Of a stretch of 55,255 nt of DNA, positions 35,728-45,140 are shown piece after piece. Origin of the DNA: Deltaproteobacteria bacterium (lineage in GTDB: Bacteria > Desulfobacterota > Desulfobaccia > Desulfobaccales > 0-14-0-80-60-11); NCBI GenBank assembly GCA_016874915.1, contig VGSW01000002.1, positions 1 through 55,255 of the forward strand. The letters are read 5' to 3'. Made by a program: the position numbers and the translations under genes. The notes under the pieces are model-generated. The model was not told the DNA's origin. It saw only the letters and a list, made by a program, of their open reading frames with translations, and ran no database searches. The number at the start of each line of letters is the position of its first letter. The first letter of the stretch is position 1.

Positions 35728-36948
35728 ATGTCCAGGGCGAAGGTGGCCTATATTCTCCTGTTTTTTCCCGAACCCACCGAGACCTTTGTACTGGATGAGG
35801 TCAATACCTTAATAGGGCTGGGTCTGGAAGTGGAGGTTTACAGTCTATACGGCCCCCGGTCTCCGGCCAGGCTAGCCGGGCTGGCGAGGCCGGCGGCGCC
35901 GGTGTTCCATCTGGGGCTGGCCTCTCTGGGGAGCCTGCTGCAAGACTTATGGCGAACCGGTAGAAATGATCGCCCCACCATTTCCTTTCTCCTCCGGGTT
36001 CTGGCCCGGAGGTGGCGCACTCTGGAAACCGCGGGGGAAGCCGCCTGGTCCGCCTTGGCCGGGGTGCATCTGGCCCGGCGCTTTAAGGCCCGGGGGGTGA
36101 CGCACATTCACGCCTCCTGGGCCAATGGGCCGGCCACCGCCGCCTGGGTAGCCTCCCGGATAAGCGGCATCCCCTTCAGCTTCTGCGCCCGGGCCCATGA
36201 CATTTATCCCCCCGACGGCGCCCTCGAGGAGAAGCTGGCCGCGGCCAGGTGGGTGAGGACGGAAAACCGGGCCAATCTCCGCTACCTGGCCCAATTGTGC
36301 CCTTCCCAGGCCCGCAAATTGAACAGTATTTACAATGGGGTCCCTTTGGAAGCCCCCACCGATTCTTCCCCCCCAGCGGCGCCTCCTTTCCGCCTCCTGG
36401 CCCTGGGCCGCCTGGTGGTGAAAAAGGGATTTGCCGTGTTGCTGGAGGCCTGCCGCCTCTTGGCCCATCAGGGGCTGGAGTTCCAGCTTACCCTGGCGGG
36501 GGCCGGCCCCCAGGAACGCGCCCTGCGGAGAATGATAGAGATTTATGGATTGGAGTCCCGGGTATCCCTCCCGGGCTTCGCGCCCCACCGGGAAGTGCCC
36601 CGTCTCTTGGCCCAGGCCCATCTATTCGTGATGCCCAGCATCATCGCCCCTTCCGGGAACCGGGACGGCACCCCCACCGTCATCCTGGAAGCCCTGCAGC
36701 ACGGGGTGCCGGTGGTGGCTACCGATATTTGCGGGATCAGCGAAATGGTGCGCCCCGGGGAGACCGGCTGGCTGGTGCGACCCGGGGATGCCCCGGCCCT
36801 GGCTGCGGCCATCCAGGTGGCTCTCAGCCACCCCCAGGAGGCCCAGCGCCGGGCCCAATGGGGGCGAAGGCTGGTTCAGCAGGAGTTTGACTCCCGGAAG
36901 AATTACGCCTGGGTGAAAGACTGTCTGGAAAAGTTTTCGGTAAGCTGA
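35728..36948 (+). CDS. Glycosyltransferase family 4 (GT-B)
   Basis: 406 aa. 'LGRLVVKKGFAVLLEA' and 'DGTPTVILEALQHGVPVVATDICGISEMV'. Confidence 0.85.
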   Translation: MSRAKVAYILLFFPEPTETFVLDEVNTLIGLGLEVEVYSLYGPRSPARLAGLARPAAPVFHLGLASLGSLLQDLWRTGRNDRPTISFLLRVLARRWRTLETAGEAAWSALAGVHLARRFKARGVTHIHASWANGPATAAWVASRISGIPFSFCARAHDIYPPDGALEEKLAAARWVRTENRANLRYLAQLCPSQARKLNSIYNGVPLEAPTDSSPPAAPPFRLLALGRLVVKKGFAVLLEACRLLAHQGLEFQLTLAGAGPQERALRRMIEIYGLESRVSLPGFAPHREVPRLLAQAHLFVMPSIIAPSGNRDGTPTVILEALQHGVPVVATDICGISEMVRPGETGWLVRPGDAPALAAAIQVALSHPQEAQRRAQWGRRLVQQEFDSRKNYAWVKDCLEKFSVS

Positions 36949-36964
36949 GGGAGGGATGCAGTGC

Positions 36965-38017
36965 TTAGGCGCTCTGCCCGCCTCCCCCGATAAACTCCTC
37001 CACCAGAGTGAAGACCGCCTCATTGCCGCAGAAACTTCCTTGCCCCACGGCCCGGCGGTAGTGCTCCAGCCCCGATTCAAAAGACTTGAGCAGCCCGGCC
37101 CCGGCGCGGAAATCCTCCGCATAGGCCCCGTAACCCAGGCGGGCCAGGTAAAAGGCGTTCAAATATTGCTCAAAATCGCCCCTGAAGGGGAAAGCCAGGA
37201 TCGGCTTGCCGTAAAACAGGGCCTCGGACATAAGGGTGTGCCCCCCTCCGGCAATTACATAGGAGCACGAGGCCAGGTCATCCAGAAAGCCTTCTTCGGA
37301 GTGGGGTTTGAAGGTCAGGTTACCTTCCCGGCGGTCCTCGTGGGCACCGTACACCACCACCGGTCGGGGGATTCGACGCAGGAAATCCAGAAATTCCGGC
37401 AAACTGCGGGAGCGCTGATAGGCCAGCACATGGTCGCCTTCCCGGGGCCGGCGCGCCAACACCGTGTCCCGAAGCAGGGGAGGCAGGAGCCGGGCCGGCA
37501 AATGGCCCCGCAGGGGCGGCCGGTAAAAAGAAATTATCCCAAACTCATCCGCCCTGTTATATAAAGCCTGTATCAGCAGACGCGCTAGAAAATATTGGGG
37601 GAGCCGGCGCACCGGCACCGGGTGGGAGCAGCAGGTGATCACGTGCTGGTGGTCCAGGGAGAGGCAGGGCAGCCCCACGCTCCGGCACACCCAGGGTATA
37701 AAGGCTTCAAAGTCGGTGATGGCCAGGTCCGGCCGGAACCGGTCCATGAGGTCCAGGATCTGACGGCGAATGTTCCGGGCCTGGATCAGGGGCCGGAGAT
37801 TCGCGCCGATGGTGGCAGCTATGGCCACCCGGTGCCGCCGAAACACGGTCTCCAGGCCGGGTAATGCCACCATCGGAAATTCCCACTTCAGGATGGCGGC
37901 TCCCGCATCCTGGCTGACGAACAGAAATTCGTGATGGGAAAAACGGCGGGCAATGGTCAAGGCCCGAATGGCATGCCCATGATTGGTGCCGTGAACGCCA
38001 TATAAAATTTTGGCCAT
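36965..38017 (-). CDS. GT-B glycosyltransferase, MurG/GT28-like (MJ1255-type)
   Basis: 350 aa. 'ILYGVHGTNHGHAIRAL' and 'VIAGGGHTLMSEALFYGKPILAFP...EQYLNA'. Confidence 0.7.
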   Translation of the reverse strand: MAKILYGVHGTNHGHAIRALTIARRFSHHEFLFVSQDAGAAILKWEFPMVALPGLETVFRRHRVAIAATIGANLRPLIQARNIRRQILDLMDRFRPDLAITDFEAFIPWVCRSVGLPCLSLDHQHVITCCSHPVPVRRLPQYFLARLLIQALYNRADEFGIISFYRPPLRGHLPARLLPPLLRDTVLARRPREGDHVLAYQRSRSLPEFLDFLRRIPRPVVVYGAHEDRREGNLTFKPHSEEGFLDDLASCSYVIAGGGHTLMSEALFYGKPILAFPFRGDFEQYLNAFYLARLGYGAYAEDFRAGAGLLKSFESGLEHYRRAVGQGSFCGNEAVFTLVEEFIGGGGQSA

Positions 38018-38081
38018 GATGACCCCACTATTTAAGACAACCGATGCCAGTTGTCAAGAACGGCAAGTTGAAAGGCTCTAG

Positions 38082-39248
38082 GTGGAGTGGTCCATTAACC
38101 TGGCCTACCTGGCCTTGATTCTGCTCCTGGCGGGTTTGATCCGTCAAGGGGGCCGGTCCCTGGGGGGAAGGGGGGGCGAACCCGTCCGGAATCCGCCGCA
38201 ATGGCCCGTCGCGACCCTGATCATCCCCTTAGCCGGAGCCTCCCCCCGCCTGGCCGACAACCTCCGGTCCCGGGTGGTCCAGGATTATCCGGATTACCAG
38301 GTAATCCTGGTGACGGCCGGGGTGGAAGACCCCGCAGTCCCGGTTATCCATGGCTTGATGGCGGATCATTCTCGGCTGCGGCACGTGGTGAGCGGCCCCG
38401 CCCAACAGTGCAGCCAGAAGAACCACAATTTGCTGGCGGGCCTGCAGATGATCGGGAACCCGGTGGAGGTCTTGGTATTTGCCGACGCCAATCAGGAAGC
38501 GCCCCCGGACTGGCTCCGGGAACTGGTGCGCCCCCTGGCCCTGGGGGAAGCCGAAGTGGCCAGCGGCTACCATCAGGTCCGGCCGGAGACTTTCACCTTG
38601 GCCGCGGTGGGCCGCAGCGTCACCGTCCTCCTGCTCTCCATCCTCCGCACCATCCCCGGGTTGGGGCAGCCCTGGGGCGGCGCCACCGCCATCACCCGGG
38701 AATGTTTTACTCGTCTGGAGCTGGACCGATGGTGGGGACATCAGATCGTGGACGACGTCTCCTTAGCCCGGCGCCTCACGGAAAGAGAGGCCAGGCTGGC
38801 CATCACCCACCGGGTCCTCCTCACCACCCCCCTCGATGATTGCACCATATCCGGCTGGGTGTCCTGGCACATCCGCCAATGGATCTATTTGAAATTTTGT
38901 CTTTGGGGGCACTGGGCCGTCAGCGGTTTAATGGTGTTGGGGATCGCCGGAATGCTCCTGGGGGCGGGGGCCCGGCTGCTTCTGGCCCTGGGGGGCTGGG
39001 TCCCTCGGGCGGAGGGCGCCGCCCCGGCCTTGTTCCTGGCCCTGATGACGGTACTGGCCGCTTCCCTCCGGAGGCTCCATCCCTGGCCCGGGCCGGCGCT
39101 TAAGTGGGTGGCCGCGGTCTATCTGGCCATTTTCATGGGGGCCTGGTGCCATATCCGCACCTGGTTTCCCCAAACCCTGCAATGGCGCGGCCTGTCCTAC
39201 CGCGTCGGTCCCCAGGGGAGAGTCACCGGCATCCGGCGGCAGGGCTGA
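38082..39248 (+). CDS. Membrane GT2-superfamily glycosyltransferase, ceramide glucosyltransferase (GT21)/HpnI-like
   Basis: 388 aa with a GTG start. 'LIIPLAG', 'CSQKNHNLLAGL' (compare NPK.NNL in GT21), 'FADANQ', 'IVDDVSLARRL', 'WHIRQW', and C-terminal TM helices. Confidence 0.55.
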   Translation: MEWSINLAYLALILLLAGLIRQGGRSLGGRGGEPVRNPPQWPVATLIIPLAGASPRLADNLRSRVVQDYPDYQVILVTAGVEDPAVPVIHGLMADHSRLRHVVSGPAQQCSQKNHNLLAGLQMIGNPVEVLVFADANQEAPPDWLRELVRPLALGEAEVASGYHQVRPETFTLAAVGRSVTVLLLSILRTIPGLGQPWGGATAITRECFTRLELDRWWGHQIVDDVSLARRLTEREARLAITHRVLLTTPLDDCTISGWVSWHIRQWIYLKFCLWGHWAVSGLMVLGIAGMLLGAGARLLLALGGWVPRAEGAAPALFLALMTVLAASLRRLHPWPGPALKWVAAVYLAIFMGAWCHIRTWFPQTLQWRGLSYRVGPQGRVTGIRRQG

Positions 39249-39284
39249 AGAGCGATGTTAAAGGCTTATGGGGGAGGGGAGTTT

Positions 39285-39328
39285 GAGGGGAGGGCGGGGG
39301 ATTGGTTATCCCCCCTGGCCCTCCCCTC
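39285..39328. repeat. REP-like GC-rich palindromic element, copy b (likely bidirectional terminator between convergent genes)
   Basis: GAGGGGAGGGCGGGGGAT-TGGTT-ATCCCCCCTGGCCCTCCCCTC. Its loop is the reverse complement of the copy c loop (TAACCAA). Confidence 0.6.
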
Positions 39329-39341
39329 AAGGTTTAATTGG

Positions 39342-40730
39342 TCATTGGCGCTTATCCAGGCGCCGCCAGCGCCACCCGGCCCAGAGAAAAGGCGCCAGAG
39401 CCAGAGACTCGGCCAACAACCGGGGCAGATGGATTTTCCCCACTCCATAAAGAATAAGGGCCACCAGGCTAATGACGGCCATATCCCGGAGCAGCGCCAG
39501 GGTGATAATCTGCAGGCGGCGCTGGACATAAAGAACCGTCATCAACGCCACCACCCCTTTAGTCAGGACAATGGCCGCCGCGGCCCCCGGCAAGGGAGCC
39601 AGGGGAATCACCCAGGAGCATAATCCCAGATTTGCCAGGAGGCCGCCCAGGTAAAACAGCAGTAACAGGCGCTGGCGATCCATGCTCATCATGAGAAACC
39701 CGGCCAGGTTGTGCAAAAATGCGATGATGATGGCTGGGGCCAGATACTTCAGCAGCCAAACCGCGTCCTGAAACCGAGGGCCAAAAATTAGAGGGATAAT
39801 CCGGTCGCTTTCGACAAACAGGAAAAACATTAGGGGAAACGCGGCCAGGGTCAACCAGCGGGCGGTGGCCCGGGCCAGGCGGCTAATTTCCTCCTGATCC
39901 GTTCCCCAAAGCCGGACAAAGATGGGAAACATGACCTGGTGCAGCAGGAGGTTGGATACCAGAGCGGTCAGGCCCTCCACGATCTGCCAGGGGGCGCTGT
40001 ACTGGGCCACGGCGTTGACGCCCCCATGGTTTTGCAGGAAGAAAATGTTGGCTTTGTTGTAAATAGCCGCGACGAGTTCGATGATGGCAAAGATCGAGGC
40101 GGTCCAGAGGAGGCGCCTCATGCTCTCCAGGTTAGGGCGCCGCCAGGAGAACCCCTGTAGCCGCCGGACGGTGAGCGCGCCTCCCACCAGGTTGGTTAGA
40201 GCCTCCACCCATTTGAACAGCACGATCAGAATGGGGGGGACGCCCAGGGCCAGAGTGATGAGCCCGTAGCCGAAGCCCAGGGCGGCGGCCACGGTCCTGA
40301 TTTTGCCTTCCAGGTCCTGGCGGCCCGCCACCTGCAAGGCCACAAAAAAGGTGCTGGCCAAGCCTTCCAGACCCACCCCGGCTCCCATCAGCAGCATGAT
40401 CCAGGCTAATTGCGCTTCGTAATTCTGCCAGGAGACAAACCGCCAGGTTCCGGCCAAAGCCACCGTGAGAAGGCAAACTTTTAAAGCCAGCGCCTGGCTG
40501 AGGGTCTCGCCAGCTTTTTCGCCTTTGCGGATAATCTCCCCCACCAGGTGGTAGTTGAGGCCGAATTCCACCCCCATAAGCAGGATGCTTCCCAGGCCCA
40601 GGGAGAGCATGAACTCCCCATAAGTAGGAGCGCTTTTACGGGCCAGGTAAATAAAAAAGACAGCCTGGAGGCCCTCCCGGGCCCAGCGGGCGCTTAAAAG
40701 ATAGGCGAGGGGTCTAAGAATTGCCGACAA
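39342..40730 (-). CDS. Wzx-like oligosaccharide/lipid flippase (MOP superfamily)
   Basis: 462 aa, hydrophobic throughout (about 12-14 TM segments). The N-terminal 'ARWAREGLQAVFFIYLAR' is typical of polysaccharide biosynthesis proteins. TTG start. Confidence 0.6.
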   Translation of the reverse strand: MSAILRPLAYLLSARWAREGLQAVFFIYLARKSAPTYGEFMLSLGLGSILLMGVEFGLNYHLVGEIIRKGEKAGETLSQALALKVCLLTVALAGTWRFVSWQNYEAQLAWIMLLMGAGVGLEGLASTFFVALQVAGRQDLEGKIRTVAAALGFGYGLITLALGVPPILIVLFKWVEALTNLVGGALTVRRLQGFSWRRPNLESMRRLLWTASIFAIIELVAAIYNKANIFFLQNHGGVNAVAQYSAPWQIVEGLTALVSNLLLHQVMFPIFVRLWGTDQEEISRLARATARWLTLAAFPLMFFLFVESDRIIPLIFGPRFQDAVWLLKYLAPAIIIAFLHNLAGFLMMSMDRQRLLLLFYLGGLLANLGLCSWVIPLAPLPGAAAAIVLTKGVVALMTVLYVQRRLQIITLALLRDMAVISLVALILYGVGKIHLPRLLAESLALAPFLWAGWRWRRLDKRQ

Positions 40731-40939
40731 CGACTGCGGGCCTCAGAGGTTCAGGGAAGTGATGCCAATGCCGGCCGATGATGGGTCATATTTACCAATC
40801 ATCTTCCTACTGGCAGGCGCTGAAAACAATGTTATTGATGGTCGCTTGTGCGGCCCAGGCCTTCAGGAATAGGCCCCCCCGGTGTAGTTGCAGGTTGGCG
40901 GCATCGCAGCATCCAGTCTAGCCGGAAGCAGCCCGCGCC

Positions 40940-42535
40940 TCATGATTTTTTCCTTTCCGAAAGCTCTTGCTCCCGAATCTCAAACAGGTTCTCCCCTAAG
41001 AAGAGGAGGTTGATATACCTGAGCAAGCGGCTGGGGTTGTGCCGATAAACCCCCCACAACTGCTTCCAGAACTGCCCGCGGTATTCCGCTGCCACTCCTT
41101 GGCGCCAGATGAGCTTAAGAAAATTCCAGCCATCGCGGAGGGAATCAGTCCGCAGCGGCCGGGAGCGCTTCCCCACTGGAGGAAGAATGACGCCTTTAGC
41201 CTGGGCAAGAGTTCTCCGCGTGGGCCTGGTCCCCAGGATATAGCGATAGGTCCGTTTTAAGAAACTTGAAGGCTCATACAGAAAATCTATCGCCTCCCGC
41301 CATTCGCCGCGGATTTCGGACTCGGGGCGGTGGGGGCGGAAATTCATAACCTGTCCATGGAACTCGCCAACGTCCAGATGCGGCAAGAGACGGCCTTCCT
41401 GCTGAAGCCGGTCCCACAAGGCGGTCCCGGGAACCGCAGTCAGGATGTTGATCATGACCATGGGAATATCGGTCTCTGCCACCAAATCGCTGATGCGGCG
41501 ACCGGCCCCTTTTTCTTCCCCATCAAACCCGATGATGAAGCTGCCCATCACCGTCAGGCCGTTGGCCCGAATGTTTTTCAGGGACTGGACGATGGGATGG
41601 CCCAGGTTCTGAAATTTGCCCGTCTGCGCCAGGAGCTCGCGGTCCGGTGACTCGATGCCGATGAAAACATCGCTAAAATTGGCGGCTGTCATTAGATCGA
41701 TCATTTCCAGGTCCGACCCCAGATTCAGGGAGGTCTGGGCCCAGAATGACAAGGGTTCGCCGCGGTCCTCCAGCCAAAGAATCATCTCCCGGAGGATGTC
41801 CTGGGCGGCCTGCCGGTGGGCGATAAAATTATCGTCACAGATGAACACCACCCGCCGCCAGCCCTGGAGATACAGGTTGTCCAGTTCTTTGACGACCTGC
41901 GCCGGGGTCTTATAGCGCGGTTTATGTCCATAAAGCCTGGCGACGTGGCAGAATTCGCACTTGAAGGGGCAGCCTCTTGTGGTCTGGAGGCTCATGGCTT
42001 CATAATCTTGGAAGTTGAGCAGGGCATAGCGGGGCACGGGAGATAGGGTCATGTCGGCCCAACCGTCCGCCTCAATTACGCCCCGGGACTGGCCTCCATT
42101 TATCGTGGCCACCAGGGGCGCCATGGTCATTTCCGCCTCGCCGCACGCCACCAGGTCCACTCCGGCCTCCATAACTTCCTGGGGGAAGGAAGTGGGGTAC
42201 GGGCCCCCGGCCACCACGGTTTTCTGCCGCTCCTTGGCCTCCCGGGCCAGACCCAGTAGGCTTTCTTTCTGGACAAACATGCCGGAGAGCATCACCAGGT
42301 CGGCCCACTGCCAATCGTCCGGCGTCAGGGGGCGGACATTCAAATCTGCCAGGCGGACCTGCCACTGCGGCGGCAGGAGCGCCGCCACCGTCAGGAGACC
42401 CAAGGGCGGCGTTAAGGCGCGGCGGCCGGTGAGCTGTAAGGTGCGGCTCATACTCCAGAAAGTTTTGGGGAAAGGGGGGCAAATGAGGAGAACTCTCTTC
42501 TCGGGCATGGGGTACCCCGGATGGAGAAGCTTCAT
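40940..42535 (-). CDS. B12-binding-domain radical SAM protein (class B, DUF4070-type C-terminus)
   Basis: 531 aa. N-terminal 'VLLICPPFP...' cobalamin-binding-like Rossmann segment, followed by 'TTRGCPFKCEFCHV' (CxxxCxxC). Confidence 0.85.
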   Translation of the reverse strand: MKLLHPGYPMPEKRVLLICPPFPKTFWSMSRTLQLTGRRALTPPLGLLTVAALLPPQWQVRLADLNVRPLTPDDWQWADLVMLSGMFVQKESLLGLAREAKERQKTVVAGGPYPTSFPQEVMEAGVDLVACGEAEMTMAPLVATINGGQSRGVIEADGWADMTLSPVPRYALLNFQDYEAMSLQTTRGCPFKCEFCHVARLYGHKPRYKTPAQVVKELDNLYLQGWRRVVFICDDNFIAHRQAAQDILREMILWLEDRGEPLSFWAQTSLNLGSDLEMIDLMTAANFSDVFIGIESPDRELLAQTGKFQNLGHPIVQSLKNIRANGLTVMGSFIIGFDGEEKGAGRRISDLVAETDIPMVMINILTAVPGTALWDRLQQEGRLLPHLDVGEFHGQVMNFRPHRPESEIRGEWREAIDFLYEPSSFLKRTYRYILGTRPTRRTLAQAKGVILPPVGKRSRPLRTDSLRDGWNFLKLIWRQGVAAEYRGQFWKQLWGVYRHNPSRLLRYINLLFLGENLFEIREQELSERKKS

Positions 42536-42895
42536 CCTTCAAAAAAGGCTTTTGTGCCGAAAAAGGTTTTATCGGTTATTGGCCGCAAAACGATGGTGCA
42601 ACAATATCACTAACTGCGGTATTATAAATTAATTGACTGGATGTTTTGGGAAAATTTTGCTCCAAGTTCCCCCAGAATAGAAATTAGGAGCGCCTTTGAG
42701 GCCAGTGGAGGCCAAGTTGAGTTTATGGTTGACAAGATGGGCGTCTTGGGAGAAGGTTTCTGAGGGTTTCAAAAGTACCATTGCCGTAGTGCGTACTTAT
42801 GCCGCGAAGAAGCTTGTTTTTAGAGTTTTTCAGTCGCTTCGTTCCCCTATAATGACCAGTTAGAGGTCGTTTGCCCAGGCCAAGGTGCAAGGTCA

Positions 42896-44032
42896 ATGGC
42901 GCCGGTGACTCTCAGCGTGGTGGATGAGCCTGCCCAGATGCAGGCTTTCCTGGATCTGCCCTGGAAAATTTATGCCCGGGACCCCAATTGGGCCCCCCCT
43001 CTCAAGAAAGAACTGGCCCATCTCCTGGATACCAATTCCCACCCCTTCTGGCGGTTTTCCCAGCGAGTCCTGTGGGTGGCCTGGCGCGGCTCCCAGCCGG
43101 TGGGCCGCATCGCCGGCGTCGTGGACCACAACTACAACCGTTTTCATAACGAGCGCATGGGAATCTGGGGGTTTTTCGAATGCGCTCCGGACCCCGAGGC
43201 GGCCGCGGCGCTGTTCGCCGCGGTAGCGGAATGGGCTCGTCAGCAAGGGATGGCCTTTCTCCGGGGCCCCCTCAACCCCTCCACCAACTACGAAACCGGG
43301 CTGCTAGTGGAAGGCTTTGACCTGCCCCCGGTGTTCATGATGTCCTACAATCCCCCTTACTACCCCGGCTTGGTGGAATCCCAGGGATTGGTCAAAGAAA
43401 AGGACCTGCTGGCCTTTCGGGTGGACCGCCACTGGCGGCCGCCGGCTTGGGTGGAACAACTCAGCCAGCGTATCTTGAGCAAAACCAACATCACCATCCG
43501 ACCCATGCGACGCCGGGATTTCCTGGCGGAGATGCAGCATGTCAAAGAAATTTACCATGAAGCCTGGTTTGACAACTGGGGCTTCGTGCCCATGACGGAT
43601 GCCGAAGTTGAGGAAATGGGCCGCAACTTGTTAAAATTTATCGACCCCAACCTCTGTTTTTTTCTGGTGGACGGCCAGGAGCCGGTGGGGGTGGGCATGG
43701 TAGTTCCCGATATCAACCCTCTCCTCAAGCGATTGAACGGCAGGGTGGGATTCCTGGGGCCCCTGAAGATTCTCCTCTATCGCCGGGAAATCACCGGGTT
43801 GCGGGGGCTTATTTTCGGCGTGCGGAAAAAGTACCAGGACCTGGGATTACCCCTGGTGGCCTTCCAGTTCTTGTTTCACCTGCTCATTGAAAATGCCCGG
43901 TACAAAAGGTATAATTACATCGAATTGGGTTGGAACCTGGAAGACAACGACCTCATCAACCAGTGGTACCGGGACGGTGGCGCCCGGGTGCACAAGCGCT
44001 TCCGCTTGTACCGCAAGGATTTGACCTCCTGA
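42896..44032 (+). CDS. GNAT-superfamily-like acyltransferase (378 aa)
   Basis: 'VGRIAGVVDHNY', 'GIWGFFEC', 'AEWARQQGMAFLRGPLNPSTNYETG', and a second half with 'VGVGMVVPD'. Family membership is recalled by pattern only. Confidence 0.5.
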   Translation: MAPVTLSVVDEPAQMQAFLDLPWKIYARDPNWAPPLKKELAHLLDTNSHPFWRFSQRVLWVAWRGSQPVGRIAGVVDHNYNRFHNERMGIWGFFECAPDPEAAAALFAAVAEWARQQGMAFLRGPLNPSTNYETGLLVEGFDLPPVFMMSYNPPYYPGLVESQGLVKEKDLLAFRVDRHWRPPAWVEQLSQRILSKTNITIRPMRRRDFLAEMQHVKEIYHEAWFDNWGFVPMTDAEVEEMGRNLLKFIDPNLCFFLVDGQEPVGVGMVVPDINPLLKRLNGRVGFLGPLKILLYRREITGLRGLIFGVRKKYQDLGLPLVAFQFLFHLLIENARYKRYNYIELGWNLEDNDLINQWYRDGGARVHKRFRLYRKDLTS

Positions 44033-44120
44033 TCAGCCCCCTGGCCGGCCTTTTTCTCCCGGCTGGGAGTCTAATTCCCTATTTTTCATATCGATAAACG
44101 CACGCAAACAAGAGGGCCAA

Positions 44121-45140
44121 ATGGATTTCCACCACGAGCGTCAGATAATCGCCACGGTGTGGAGACCTGAAGAAATCAGCCCCGGAGTGGTCCACATGGC
44201 CCGGGCCACCGGCACTAAAACCATCTTTGATCTTTCTCAGGCTGACATCGCGGCCTGCCGTCCCGCCCTCCGGGCGGCGGCCGGGGGGGACGCGGCATTC
44301 CTTAAAATCTCCCCCGCGGCCCTGATGGATGACAGCCTTTCCGGCCTTCTCCAGGCCGCTAACATCAATGGCATTTTCGTAGAAATCCACCCCCTCCTCC
44401 TGGATGGCGACCCGGGGCGGTTTCTCAGCCGCCTGGAGGAGATGTCGGAGCGGTTCCTGGCCATCCCCATTCTCAGCGACGTGGGCCTCATCTTCCAGGC
44501 ATGGGACCGGTATCCGGGCCTCACCCATATGGCTCTCAAGGGCTGCGAAGCCGCGGGCCTGGTAAGTACGGAAAGCATCTTCAGCTTGTATTCCGCCCTC
44601 CGGGACCGCTTCCGGGAACGGGAAGAAGGTCCGGCTCTCTACATCTGGGGAGGCGTGGCCACTCCCGAAGCCGCCGCGGCCTTTCTGAGCAGCGGCGCCC
44701 GGGGGATAGTGCTGGAGAGCCTTCACTGGCTCACCGACCTGGTGCAGGGGGGCGAACCGGCGCGCCAGGGTCTGGCCAAACTTCGCCCCGATCACACCCA
44801 GTTGGTGGGCCTTAACCTGGAGGCGCCCTATAGGGTGTTCAATAAAGGCAATTCTCTGGCGGTGCGGGATCTGCAGGAATGGGCCGCTTCCGGGCCTGGC
44901 GGAGGTTCCCGGGAGCACCGCCGGGCTTTCGTTCATAAGGCCGCCCAGGAGGCGGTGCACCCCTTGGCCAGCCGCTTCCACCGGGATGAGCTTATCCCTC
45001 TGGGGGTGGAGGCGGCCTTTGCCCAGGAGTTCGCAGACCGCTATGGCGCCGCTACGGAAGCGGCCCTGACCGGTTTCCTGGAAGATGTGGCCTCCCAATG
45101 CTCCCGGGCCCCGGAAAAAGCCCGGGCGTTTCTGGAAAGC
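44121..45140 (+). other. Domain: degenerate nitronate-monooxygenase/FabK-like TIM barrel
   Basis: 'LKGCEAAGLVS' and 'LYIWGGVATPEAAAAFLSSGARGIVLESLHWLT' parallel 'LEGNEAGGHVG' and 'IILAGGIYNRETAFMAAMLGADAIQMGTAYLAT' in the next domain. The His is missing here. Confidence 0.5.
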
